From: Candidatus Thiovulum imperiosus
GTDB lineage: Bacteria; Campylobacterota; Campylobacteria; Campylobacterales; Thiovulaceae
DNA length: 64,000 bases
Reading direction: 5' to 3'
Assembly: GCA_024281175.1 (NCBI GenBank)
Contig: JAMJTW010000005.1
Location: forward strand, 23,104 to 87,103
The notes under the pieces were generated by a model. The model did not search any database, was not told the DNA's origin, and saw only the letters and a program-made list of their open reading frames with translations. The position numbers and the translations under genes were made by a program. Below, in pieces: positions 34,362 to 43,447 of this stretch (its first letter is position 1; every line of letters begins with the position of its first letter).

Positions 34362-36395
34362 ATGAGGTATCTAATTTTAGTTTTCCTGTTTTTTGCGGGG
34401 TGTGGGGAAGTTCCGAAACCTCCAGAAGAGATTTCAGGTAGTTTTGGAGACGATAGGATTTTGACATCGGAGGGGCGAACCGCTCTTGTGATTGGAAACA
34501 ACAACTATAAGAATTTCGCAAAACTCAAAAATGCGGAAAATGACGCTAGAGATATAGCGGAAGCTCTGGAAAGGTATGGATTTAAAGTTTTCAAACTTTT
34601 CAACGGAAGTAGAGCAGAGATGAATGCGGAAATTGAGAATTTTTCAACTCATCTTAAAAATCGAGGTGGAGTCGGTTTTATCTTTTATGCTGGACACGGT
34701 CTGGAAGTTGGTGGAAAGAACTATCTCGTTCCAGTTGATGTCGATATGAAAAATAGATTTCAGGTAATTGAGAATGGAGTGGCTCTAAATGGAATTTTGA
34801 GTAGAGTTCAAGATGCGGGAAATAGGCTAAATATCGTGGTTCTTGACGCTTGTCGAAACAATCCGTTTAAGGATAGAAGTGTAACGAGAGATGTTTTTGG
34901 AGAGGGTGATGATGGTGTTGGTTTGGCACTTCCTCCATCTGTTTCTGGAACTTACATAGCCTACTCTGCTGATGTTGGTCAAGCCTCTCAAGATGGACAT
35001 GGTCGAAATGGAACTTTTACAAAACATCTTTTGGCAAATCTTGATAGAGAGAACGCTTCTCTAAATCAGATATTGCAATATACTCGAGCTGGAGTTGAAG
35101 AGGCAACAAATGGAAAACAGAGTCCCGCAAGTTACGATAAAACTACGGGCGACTTCTATTTTAAAGCACCGCAAGGAGTTCCAAGTCCAAATCCGAACCC
35201 AAGCCCGAACCCAATCGGAGTCTACATTTGGAATGGAGAGGAGAGCATGACCATTTCCAATTTCAAAAGTGAAATTTCAAAACTATCACCTCAAGGAGAG
35301 TTTGAGAGACCAGAAAAGTTTGCAGAGCGAAAAAGAGCTTTTTATGAAAAGGTTTTGAACTCTTGGCTAGGAAAACAGAGTATCGAGATGGAATACAATC
35401 CAAATTCTCAAATTTTCTCCGTTTCTGAAAAGAGTCTGGAAATCGATTTTGAGATTTTTGTTCCTTTTGATAGAGCGAAAAATTTTAAATCGGAAACAAG
35501 AAATTTCGACTTTCTTTTTGAGGAGAAGAATGGAGAACTTCTTTTAGTTGGTGCAAAAGCTGGAGGGTTTTCAACGAAATTGGAAATTGATGGAATTGAA
35601 GAAAAGCAGAAGAAGAAGAAAGCAAAAGCGTTTTTGAAGTATCCTCGAGAGTATAGTAGAAACTCGAATGGTGTTGTTTCCGATGGATACGGCTTGGAGT
35701 GGGAAGACCACAAAAAGAGCTTTAAAGGGAATTTTTCGGAAGCTGAACGGTATTGCCAAAATTTGGAATTGGACGGGAAAAGCGATTGGAGACTTCCAAC
35801 AAATAAAGAGCTTTGGTATTTGGGGGATAGAAAGAAGAGCGGTTTGGCAATTTCTAGCACTTTCCAAAATGTAGAAGAGACTCACTACTGGAGTAATCAG
35901 AAAGTTACCTATTCTGGATATGAAGATAGTAATTGGGGAACAAGGTTTTCAGATGGGCAAAATACTTGGGAAGGTAGAAATGAAGACCATTTTACAAAAT
36001 GTGTTCGAGGAAAATCATATTACGAAGACATAGAGTTTGTTAGAAATGGCGATATTATTGAAGATAGAACAAATGGCTTGGGTTGGAGCGGAAGTTCTGA
36101 AAATAGTATGAATTGGAGTAGTGCAAAATCTTATTGCTCAAATTTAAATTTTGGTGGCAGAAGTGATTGGAGACTTCCAACAATTGAAGAACTCTACTCC
36201 ATTACAGACCAAAGGAAAAACTCCTATCCTTATGTGAATGGCAAGTTTAAGACTGTTAAATCAAGTTGGTATTGGTCTGTAACAAAATATAACAAAAATA
36301 GTTCCGATTCGTGGGTTGTCAATTTCGAGGATGGTGATGACGATTGGGTTAACCAGACTTACGACAGTTTCGCGGGGTGTGTCCTCGACTTATGA
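34362..36395 (+). CDS. Caspase-like (peptidase C14) lipoprotein with two C-terminal DUF1566/Lcl-type domains
   Basis: Lipobox FFAGC. Caspase His/Cys dyad in FYAGHGLE and VVLDACRNNPF. A PSPNPNPSPNP linker follows. Two copies of ...SDWRLPT(N/I)(K/E)EL...YWS.... Confidence 0.85.
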   Translation: MRYLILVFLFFAGCGEVPKPPEEISGSFGDDRILTSEGRTALVIGNNNYKNFAKLKNAENDARDIAEALERYGFKVFKLFNGSRAEMNAEIENFSTHLKNRGGVGFIFYAGHGLEVGGKNYLVPVDVDMKNRFQVIENGVALNGILSRVQDAGNRLNIVVLDACRNNPFKDRSVTRDVFGEGDDGVGLALPPSVSGTYIAYSADVGQASQDGHGRNGTFTKHLLANLDRENASLNQILQYTRAGVEEATNGKQSPASYDKTTGDFYFKAPQGVPSPNPNPSPNPIGVYIWNGEESMTISNFKSEISKLSPQGEFERPEKFAERKRAFYEKVLNSWLGKQSIEMEYNPNSQIFSVSEKSLEIDFEIFVPFDRAKNFKSETRNFDFLFEEKNGELLLVGAKAGGFSTKLEIDGIEEKQKKKKAKAFLKYPREYSRNSNGVVSDGYGLEWEDHKKSFKGNFSEAERYCQNLELDGKSDWRLPTNKELWYLGDRKKSGLAISSTFQNVEETHYWSNQKVTYSGYEDSNWGTRFSDGQNTWEGRNEDHFTKCVRGKSYYEDIEFVRNGDIIEDRTNGLGWSGSSENSMNWSSAKSYCSNLNFGGRSDWRLPTIEELYSITDQRKNSYPYVNGKFKTVKSSWYWSVTKYNKNSSDSWVVNFEDGDDDWVNQTYDSFAGCVLDL

Positions 36396-36420
36396 TTTTT
36401 TGTTTTTAATAATTTCATTC

Positions 36421-36832
36421 TGTCATTTCGAGCGAATGCGAGAAATCTTCAACTTATTCCAGCCCCCTTTCGGGGCTGGTCTTCCACTCTTTTTTCTTTC
36501 GAGTTTTCCCCCTTTTGTCATTTCGAGTTTCTCCCCTCTTGTCATTTCGAAATGAGCGTAGCGATTGAGAAATCTTAAAAACATGAAAAGGATTTCTCAC
36601 CCGAAAGGGTTCGAAAACGAAGTTTCTCCAAATGACAGGTGAGTAAAAGGGTTCGAGTGAAAGCCCCCACCATTTGTCATTTCGACATGAGCGAAGCGAT
36701 TGAGAAATCTTAAAAACAGGGAAAGGATTTCTCACCCTAAAGGGTTCGAAATGACAGAAAGAGAGTTGTCATTTCGAGCGAATGCGAAAAATCTTCAACT
36801 TATTCCAGCCCCCTTTTGGGGCTTGGTTTTCC
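36421..36832. repeat. Cluster of GC-richer miniature repeats built on the TGTCATTTCGA core (MITE/REP-like)
   Basis: The core occurs at 36421, 36526, 36540, 36675 and 36767, and inverted at 36746-36756. Two about 65-bp type-A units (36421-36485, 36767-36832) carry the hairpin CCAGCCCC-CTTTC-GGGGCTGG. Two about 78-bp type-B units (36541-36616, 36676-36756) carry the hairpin GAGAAATC...GATTTCTC. Confidence 0.7.
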
Positions 36833-36841
36833 TCTCTTTCG

Positions 36842-37111
36842 TCACCCCAAAAAGCTATATTTCTGCTCCTCTTTCAACCTCTCTGCTATCCATATCTTCA
36901 CAATAGATTGTCTCGTAACTCCCACCTTTTGTACCTCTCTATCTAATAGTTCAACTATTTTCTCTGGAAAATCTATATTTACCTTTTTTGTTTTTGAAAA
37001 TTTCTTCTCAAATTGAGATAAACTCTCCCCTTTTGAAAAATCTAAATATTGAGAAATATCCTCTCCATCATCAAACTTTCTATCAAACTCTTCAGCTGTT
37101 ATTCTCTTCAT
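36842..37111 (-). CDS. BrnA/CopG-like ribbon-helix-helix antitoxin (orphan)
   Basis: MKRITAEEFDRKFDDGEDISQYLD...KVNIDFPEKIVELLDREVQKVGVTRQSIVKIWIAERL. The ATG at 37111 is preceded by GGGAGGAG. The ORF track extends to a TTG at 37165. No intact toxin gene lies upstream. Confidence 0.6.
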   Translation of the reverse strand: MKRITAEEFDRKFDDGEDISQYLDFSKGESLSQFEKKFSKTKKVNIDFPEKIVELLDREVQKVGVTRQSIVKIWIAERLKEEQKYSFLG

Positions 37112-37142
37112 AACTTTTCTCCTCCCTTTTCCAGCTAGACTT

Positions 37143-37344
37143 TTCCCAAACCTATTTTCTTCCAACAGAACTCGGAAAGTTAGATGAACTTTCAGGGTGG
37201 GAAACGAATTTGCTTTTGGAAAGCAAAGGCTTTCAAGTTTCTGAAAACTCCATTTGGAAACTTACAGAAAAAGGAAAAGAGTTTGGAATGGAATTTGGAG
37301 GGAAGTTTTCCCAACTAAAATGGAAACTAGCGACTTCACTCTAA
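37143..37344 (+). pseudogene. 3' fragment of a KilAC-domain antirepressor gene
   Basis: Translates to [59 protein letters not shown], matching only the C-terminal about 65 aa of the genes at 21272 and 22328. No N-terminal part is present. Confidence 0.6.
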
Positions 37345-37380
37345 GTAAATGAAAAGAGTCTCAAAAGACTCTTCATTTTT

Positions 37381-39132
37381 CTACTGCTTTTTTTCTCTAA
37401 GTCTGATATTTAGCTCTTTAAGTTGCTCATTTGCAACCTCATCAGGAGCAGAAGTTAGTAGACATTGAGCTTTTTGAGTTTTTGGAAATGCGATAACATC
37501 TCGAATTGAGTCCTGTTTTGTAAGAAGCATAACAAGTCTATCGAAACCGATTGCGAAACCGCCGTGTGGTGGTGCTCCAAATTGTAGTGCTTCAACTAAG
37601 AAACCAAATTTCTCATCAGCTTCTTCATCGGAAATTCCAAGAAGCTCAAAAATTTTCTTTTGAGTCTCCTCTTTATGGATACGGATACTTCCACCGCCCA
37701 ACTCTACTCCATTTAGAACTATGTCATAAGCGATACTTTCTATCTCTTCTACATCGGAAACTTCCGTATTTTTTGGCATTGTGAAAGGGTGGTGAAGAGC
37801 TTTTACAGTTCCATCATCATCTTTTTCAAACATTGGGAAATCGACAACCCAAAGGAACTCATATTTTGAGTCATGTAGAAGCTCTAATCTCTTTGCAACT
37901 TCCAATCGAAGTCTTCCCATGTAGTCCCAAATTGTCTTCTTCTTTCCAGCACCAAAGAAGACTATATCGCCAATTTCCAATTCTGTTCTTGAAATTAGAC
38001 CTGCGATACTTTCCTCACTCATAAATTTAAGAAGTGGACCTTTTAAACCATCTTCTCTCATCTGGAAATAGCCTAGACCTTTAGCACCAAATTTTGAGAC
38101 AAATTTCTCTAACTCTTTGATAGCTTTCCTACTAAAGAGCTTATCTCCATTTGGAACTTTCAGAGCCTTAATTCTGTTGCTCTTTTCATCTTTTGCAATT
38201 TCTGAAAAGATAGCATTTGTGGAGTCAGCAAAAAGGTCTATCACTTCAACCATCTCCATTCCAAATCTTAAATCTGGTTTGTCAGAACCATACTTCTCCA
38301 TCGCTTCAGAATATCCCATTCTTTGGAAAGGTGTCTGAACAGAAATTCCCGCTTCAGAAAAAATACCTGAAAGAAGTTCTTCAGCAACTCCAATTACATC
38401 TTCTTGGTCGCAGAAACTCATCTCAACATCAATTTGAGTAAATTCAGGCTGTCGGTCAGCTCTTAAATCCTCATCTCGAAAACACTTCGCAATTTGAAAA
38501 TATCTATCAAAACCGCCAACCATTAAAAGCTGTTTGAAAAGTTGTGGAGATTGAGGCAGTGCGTAAAATTCGCCACCATGAACCCGACTTGGAACAAGGT
38601 AGTCTCTTGCTCCCTCTGGAGTAGATTTTGTAAGAATTGGAGTTTCAACTTCTAAGAAACCTAGCTTGTCAAGAACATTTCGAGCAGTAATTGCCATTTT
38701 GCTTCGGAGTCGGAAAGTCTCGAGAGCTTCCTTGTCTCGAAGTTGGAGGTATCGGTATCGTAATTGGATTTCCTCATTTACATTTTTGTCTCCAAGAGTG
38801 AAAGGAAGTGGCTTACTTCGGTTCTCGATTTCCAAGTTTTGAATTACAACTTCAATTTTTCCAGTTTCAAGTTTTGGATTCTCTAAACCTTCACCTCGAC
38901 TTCTAACATACCCTTTTGCAATAATCACAAATTCATCTCGAATTTCATGTCCAAGTTTGTGAGATTCTCCACTATCTTCTGGGTCTAAAACAAGTTGAAT
39001 GAGTCCGCTTTTGTCTCGTAAATCTATGAAAACAACTCCGCCGTGGTCTCGATGAGAATCGACCCAACCAGCAACTTTTATCTCTGTTCCAATTTCTACA
39101 TTTACCAATTCAGTAGCTAAATGAGTTCTCAA
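37381..39132 (-). CDS. aspS: Aspartate--tRNA ligase
   Basis: OB-fold N-terminus, then [18 protein letters not shown], then the GGGSIRIH...[15 protein letters not shown] class II motifs. Confidence 0.93.
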   Translation of the reverse strand: MRTHLATELVNVEIGTEIKVAGWVDSHRDHGGVVFIDLRDKSGLIQLVLDPEDSGESHKLGHEIRDEFVIIAKGYVRSRGEGLENPKLETGKIEVVIQNLEIENRSKPLPFTLGDKNVNEEIQLRYRYLQLRDKEALETFRLRSKMAITARNVLDKLGFLEVETPILTKSTPEGARDYLVPSRVHGGEFYALPQSPQLFKQLLMVGGFDRYFQIAKCFRDEDLRADRQPEFTQIDVEMSFCDQEDVIGVAEELLSGIFSEAGISVQTPFQRMGYSEAMEKYGSDKPDLRFGMEMVEVIDLFADSTNAIFSEIAKDEKSNRIKALKVPNGDKLFSRKAIKELEKFVSKFGAKGLGYFQMREDGLKGPLLKFMSEESIAGLISRTELEIGDIVFFGAGKKKTIWDYMGRLRLEVAKRLELLHDSKYEFLWVVDFPMFEKDDDGTVKALHHPFTMPKNTEVSDVEEIESIAYDIVLNGVELGGGSIRIHKEETQKKIFELLGISDEEADEKFGFLVEALQFGAPPHGGFAIGFDRLVMLLTKQDSIRDVIAFPKTQKAQCLLTSAPDEVANEQLKELNIRLREKKQ

Positions 39133-39183
39133 AAATAGCCTTTTTGCCGAATTATAGTTGAATTTATGAAAAGTTTAAAATAA

Positions 39184-39504
39184 TTATCTTCGTTTAGCCT
39201 CTTCTTCCTCTTCTCTCTTTTTCTCTTCAAGAGCCATCTTTTCAGAAGAGAGAAGCCAGATAAAAACTTCAGCAACCGCTTTGTAGAGATTAGGGGGAAT
39301 ATTCTCCCCTATATCAACATCTAAAAGAGAGTTTGCAAGAGTCTCATTTTTGAAAAACGGAACATCGAACTCTTTAGCTTTTTCAATAATTCTGTCAGCA
39401 ACAATGCCTCGACCTCCAGCAACAACTTTTGGTGCTGAACCTTTTCCTTTCTCATATTTTAATGCTGCCGCTTTTCTTTTTTGAAACTCTTTTAAATCAT
39501 ACAC
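39184..39504 (-). CDS. FlhB C-terminal-domain-like small protein (EscU/YscU family)
   Basis: Contains AAALKYEKGKGSAPKVVAGGRGIVADRIIEKAKEFDVPFFKNETLANSL. Confidence 0.7.
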   Translation of the reverse strand: MYDLKEFQKRKAAALKYEKGKGSAPKVVAGGRGIVADRIIEKAKEFDVPFFKNETLANSLLDVDIGENIPPNLYKAVAEVFIWLLSSEKMALEEKKREEEEEAKRR

Positions 39505-39506
39505 AA

Positions 39507-40667
39507 CTACTCTCCTCGAATTCCTTGATAGAGTTTTACAATGACAATTTTCTTATCTATCTTGTAAATTTCCAAGTCATGCTGACTTATCTTCACCCTA
39601 TTTTTTACAAGAGTTACATCATCAACTGTTTTGAGTTGGCTTTTATAATACTCTTCTGTAATTTTTAAAATACTTTGATAACTCTCTATTAGTTCCATAC
39701 TATTCTTTTTTCGTCTCTCAATAGATTTCAGTTTTGAAACTATCTTCTCATACTCAACTCTCTCATCACTCTCTTTGTCTATATACTCTGATTGAGCTTT
39801 CAAGTATGAGATTTGAGCAGCTTCAATTGCATTTCCAGCATTAAAACCTATTGGAATTGTAATTTTGACTCCATAGCCAATAGAAGTTTCGTCCCCTTCT
39901 CTAGCTTCTGTATCTGTATAATCATAAGTTCCATAAATCTGAACCGCTGGAAGAAATTGAGCATAAGCTAAATTCTTATCAAGTCTACTACTCTCAATTT
40001 GCAACTTCTGAATTTCTAAATCAAAACTCTTGTTTAAAAACTCTTCTAAAGTTGGTAAAACAAAATTTGGAACAGAAATATTTGTATAGTTCAAATCTGT
40101 TAAAACTTTTAAACTTGCAATTAGGTCAATTCTAGTTTGAATAAGACCCTCTTGCTGATTTTTTAAAGTATTCAAATCGATGATAGATTGGTCTAAAACA
40201 GAGATATCAAGAAGACCATTTGAGTAGCTCTCTCTTTGGTTTCGAATTAGGATATTTTGGTTCTCTATTGTGAGTTCCATTTTCCGTAACTCTATATCTA
40301 ACTTCTGAATACCAAGAACTGTATTGTAAAGAGAAAAAACCATATCTCTCTCTTGAGAATCGAGCATTGCAAAATTTAGAGATTTATAAATTTTTCCTTT
40401 ATCAATTTGCCACCAAATTCCACCACTTCGGAAAATATCTTGGTAAAGAGTTGCTCGAAAACTTGGATATGTCTCATCACTGCCCATAGAGTCAAGATAG
40501 TTGTAAGAACCCTCAACATTTATTCCTCCAAGCCAAGAGTCTCTTAAAGTATCTCCATAAAGTTGAGCTTCTTCTCTACCTTTTTGAAGAACCTCTTTTT
40601 TAGACTCTTTTAGAAGTGAGTTTGAGTGTAGTGATGAGGTTAGGAGAATGGCAAAAAGGAGTCTCAT
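39507..40667 (-). CDS. TolC-family outer-membrane efflux protein
   Basis: Signal peptide, two-fold internal repeat of helix/strand pattern, and typical length. It overlaps the adaptor-like gene upstream. Confidence 0.7.
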   Translation of the reverse strand: MRLLFAILLTSSLHSNSLLKESKKEVLQKGREEAQLYGDTLRDSWLGGINVEGSYNYLDSMGSDETYPSFRATLYQDIFRSGGIWWQIDKGKIYKSLNFAMLDSQERDMVFSLYNTVLGIQKLDIELRKMELTIENQNILIRNQRESYSNGLLDISVLDQSIIDLNTLKNQQEGLIQTRIDLIASLKVLTDLNYTNISVPNFVLPTLEEFLNKSFDLEIQKLQIESSRLDKNLAYAQFLPAVQIYGTYDYTDTEAREGDETSIGYGVKITIPIGFNAGNAIEAAQISYLKAQSEYIDKESDERVEYEKIVSKLKSIERRKKNSMELIESYQSILKITEEYYKSQLKTVDDVTLVKNRVKISQHDLEIYKIDKKIVIVKLYQGIRGE

Positions 40668-41401
40668 AACTTAAACTCCACTCTAAGAATTTCTCCAAAT
40701 TTTACAGTTGTAGGATTTGATATATTCCTAATAAGTCGAACTCTATAAGTTGAAATTCTTTTGCTATCTTTTACAGAAGAGAGTTTCTCAACTTTAAAAT
40801 CATTTCTCTCTACACCATTTATAAAAACTCTCTTCTTGTAGATATTTTCCACCTCATCAGCACCAACAAAGATATCAAGTTTACCTTTTGAAAAGTCGTG
40901 ATACTCAAAAAGAGGAGTTCCAATTCCTACAAACTGACCCTTTTCAACAAATATCTCTCCAAAATATCTCCCTTTTAAAAAGAAACTTTTTTTATCTCTT
41001 GAAGCCTCTTTCAACTTCAACTCCATCTGAAGTGTATAAAGAGTTGATTTTGTCTCAATAACAGCAAGAGTCTCATTATTTATCTCGTATTGACTTATGC
41101 TTCGAACTTTCTTCTTATTTTCCAAATTCTCTCTACGAAGTTTTAAAGCCTCTTCAATAGTCCAAATTCTCTTTTTTAAAAGTGCAATTTGAATATCTTC
41201 AAAAACTGTATCCAGTTTCATAACTTCTGTCCATTTACTTATAAATGAGAACTCTTTTGAAAGTTCAACTTTTTCTACAACCCCTGAAAGTTCAGCATTA
41301 ACTTGAACTGTTCGATAAGGCTGAAATTGAGCCATGTAATAATCTGCATTTAAACTAATTGCAAAAATTAAAAAAGTTAGGTAACGCATATACTTCTCCA
41401 A
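40664..41401 (-). CDS. Short periplasmic membrane-fusion (HlyD-like) adaptor protein
   Basis: Signal peptide. Lipoyl-like start (VQVNAELSGVVEKVEL) and return strand (GQFVGIGTPLFEY), translationally coupled to the TolC-like gene. Confidence 0.4.
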   Translation of the reverse strand: MEKYMRYLTFLIFAISLNADYYMAQFQPYRTVQVNAELSGVVEKVELSKEFSFISKWTEVMKLDTVFEDIQIALLKKRIWTIEEALKLRRENLENKKKVRSISQYEINNETLAVIETKSTLYTLQMELKLKEASRDKKSFFLKGRYFGEIFVEKGQFVGIGTPLFEYHDFSKGKLDIFVGADEVENIYKKRVFINGVERNDFKVEKLSSVKDSKRISTYRVRLIRNISNPTTVKFGEILRVEFKL

Positions 41402-41480
41402 AAAAATTTTTCAAAGTGTAGCGAAAATTGACAGTGACTAATTGAAAATTAGCAAAGGCTTTAAGCCCTTGCTAGTGAAT

Positions 41481-41840
41481 TTAAGGAGTTGTAGTAGCTT
41501 TAGTAGAGTTCTTATCTTTAACTTTATGGTAGATTTCTAAAGTCTTCTCTTTGGTCTTGCTATAAATTTCAGCTGTTTTCTCTTTTGTTTTGCTGTAAAC
41601 TTGTGCTGTTTTCTCTTTTGTTTTGCTGTAAACTTGTGCTGTTTTCTCTTTTGTTTTGCTGTAAACTTGTGCTGTTTTCTCTTTTGTCTTGTTGTAAACT
41701 TGTGCTGTTTTCTCTTTTGTCTTGCTATATAGCTCTGAACTCTTTTGTCCTACTCTCTCCCAAAAAGATAGTTTCTCCTCACTCTCTTCCGCAAAAAGAA
41801 AAAATGGTAAAAGTAGAATTGTTATGAAACGAATTGCCAT
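41481..41840 (-). CDS. Secreted repeat protein (seven 11-aa KTKEKTAQVYS repeats)
   Basis: Signal peptide MAIRFITILLLPFFLFA, followed by tandem 11-mers. Confidence 0.55.
   Translation of the reverse strand: MAIRFITILLLPFFLFAEESEEKLSFWERVGQKSSELYSKTKEKTAQVYNKTKEKTAQVYSKTKEKTAQVYSKTKEKTAQVYSKTKEKTAEIYSKTKEKTLEIYHKVKDKNSTKATTTP
41541..41738. repeat. 33-bp tandem repeat (about 6 copies)
   Basis: TGCTGTAAACTTGTGCTGTTTTCTCTTTTGTTT-type units are readable directly in the sequence. Confidence 0.8.
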
Positions 41841-41848
41841 GTCACCTC

Positions 41849-43306
41849 CTAAAATAGATAGTTGAATTCAAGTCGATACTCGTTATATGAGTTATCAACT
41901 TTATTCTTGTCATCAACATCGGCAAAAAGCATTCTAACTTTTGTCTCAAAATTTGGAATTGAGTCAAATGTTTTCCAGAAATCTATATGTAGAGCATTTG
42001 TATCTGATTGAACTTTTTTATCCTCATCAAAATCCATCATTGCATATCGTAGAGTTGTTTTAAAACCAGAGTAGATATTTGCTTTATTAAAGTCATAAGT
42101 CATCTGAACCATATGAGTCTTTGTGTTTGCATTCCAGTTATACTGCTTCATAGCTCTTGTATATCCACCTGTTGGAAATCCTCTCCATGGTGCTACGATA
42201 TCTGCTTCATCTTCAACTTGCGAGTATCCATAAAGAATTTTTGCTGTTTTGCTCTTGTTTTGAATAACCACTCTACTTGCTAAAAGTGAAGAGTCTAAAC
42301 TATCTGGATCACTATAACCTTCTGTATTTCCAGATAGTGCAGCACCACCAATTTCTCCACCACCATCATCAATCTGAACCATATATCTAACACCTGGTAC
42401 AATAGACCAATCACCTGTTGAGATTTTGTAGTGGGTCTCAAAAGTTACATTGCTAATTACATCTGGAACAGTAAGATAAGAAATTCCTGTATACAACGAC
42501 TTTTCAAACCACTTTCTATCTGCCGTAGCTATGATGAGGTTGTGAGAGACATCTTTTCCATTTGCTTTAAAGTTTTCATAAGAGAGTCCTTTATGAGCAG
42601 CAGAGTCATCTTCATTGTTCCAACTCTCTCCATCTTCATTGTTATATGTTAAAACATCATGACTACTAGTGTGGTCTCGAAGTTTTTGAGCATTGAAAAA
42701 AGCAAACTGTAATACACTGCCATCAATATCTCTGCTTTCAATAGAGAGACCATCAAAAGTATTTGGTATCATCTTTGTATCATTCGATTTTGTAAAAACT
42801 GAGTGAAACATATGCCGTCCAGCTTTCAGAGATGTTTTAGAAACATCATATTGAAGATAGCTCTCTCCAACAACACTCATTCCATACCCATTACCCGTTT
42901 TAACTTTTTGTCGGGAAAATACATCTTTTCCAGATTTTATAATTCCAACATCTTCTGCTTTTTCTCTGAAAAACGGGTTTTGAGATGTGTAGAGTCCAAC
43001 TGTACCAGAAAGACCGTTGTATCGTCCAGTTTTGAAAATTAAACTACCACCAACACCAATTGCTTGATGGTCTTTTTTAGATGCTTCAACATCCTCTTCT
43101 GACCAATCAAAATAGAAATAGTTTGTTCTTAACCTACCATAAACCATTCCCTCTTCAAACATGTTAGAGATACTATTTACATCTTTAGGAAGAACTTTAT
43201 AAGTTATATTCATATTTCCTGCAAGAGTTCTTTTTGGTGTCTCATTTGCAAAAGAGTTAGAGAGTAGAAAAGTTGATGCTAAGAGAGATAGACTTATTCG
43301 CTTCAT
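41849..43306 (-). CDS. Outer-membrane beta-barrel porin (OprD-family-like)
   Basis: Signal peptide, alternating beta-strand pattern throughout, and a C-terminal ...YRLEFNYLF. Confidence 0.55.
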   Translation of the reverse strand: MKRISLSLLASTFLLSNSFANETPKRTLAGNMNITYKVLPKDVNSISNMFEEGMVYGRLRTNYFYFDWSEEDVEASKKDHQAIGVGGSLIFKTGRYNGLSGTVGLYTSQNPFFREKAEDVGIIKSGKDVFSRQKVKTGNGYGMSVVGESYLQYDVSKTSLKAGRHMFHSVFTKSNDTKMIPNTFDGLSIESRDIDGSVLQFAFFNAQKLRDHTSSHDVLTYNNEDGESWNNEDDSAAHKGLSYENFKANGKDVSHNLIIATADRKWFEKSLYTGISYLTVPDVISNVTFETHYKISTGDWSIVPGVRYMVQIDDGGGEIGGAALSGNTEGYSDPDSLDSSLLASRVVIQNKSKTAKILYGYSQVEDEADIVAPWRGFPTGGYTRAMKQYNWNANTKTHMVQMTYDFNKANIYSGFKTTLRYAMMDFDEDKKVQSDTNALHIDFWKTFDSIPNFETKVRMLFADVDDKNKVDNSYNEYRLEFNYLF

Positions 43307-43447
43307 TTATATCCTTTATTAAATATATGTAATTTTAACAAATTGGCAACATGTACAATTGAAAGTTTTATAAATTTTTTTACTATAACTTTTTTATAAT
43401 TCTAACTGTTATAATTGTGTCATATAAGTTAAAATAAGGATTTGTAA

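Noticed and set aside
35408-35885. 150-aa and 104-aa minus-strand ORFs, plus a 68-aa plus-strand out-of-frame ORF (35668..35874), all within the caspase-DUF1566 gene
   Set aside because: They lie fully inside a gene with strong domain evidence and are low-complexity, with no independent support.
36421-36832. Possible CRISPR array (a short core repeated at least five times in an intergenic region)
   Set aside because: Spacing between cores is irregular (14 to about 135 bp). The 'spacers' are themselves repeated units. One core is inverted, and no cas genes are nearby. This is better explained as nested miniature repeats.
36316-36906. ORFs 36316..36555, 36454..36735 and 36700..36906
   Set aside because: They are translations of the miniature-repeat cluster (repeating CHFE/ISQSLRS-type strings). 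They are not credible genes.
41585-41827. 80-aa plus-strand ORF (MFCCKLVLFSLL... repeats)
   Set aside because: It is antisense to the 33-bp tandem repeat. The minus-strand product has a signal peptide and a sensible repeat, so this one is a shadow ORF.
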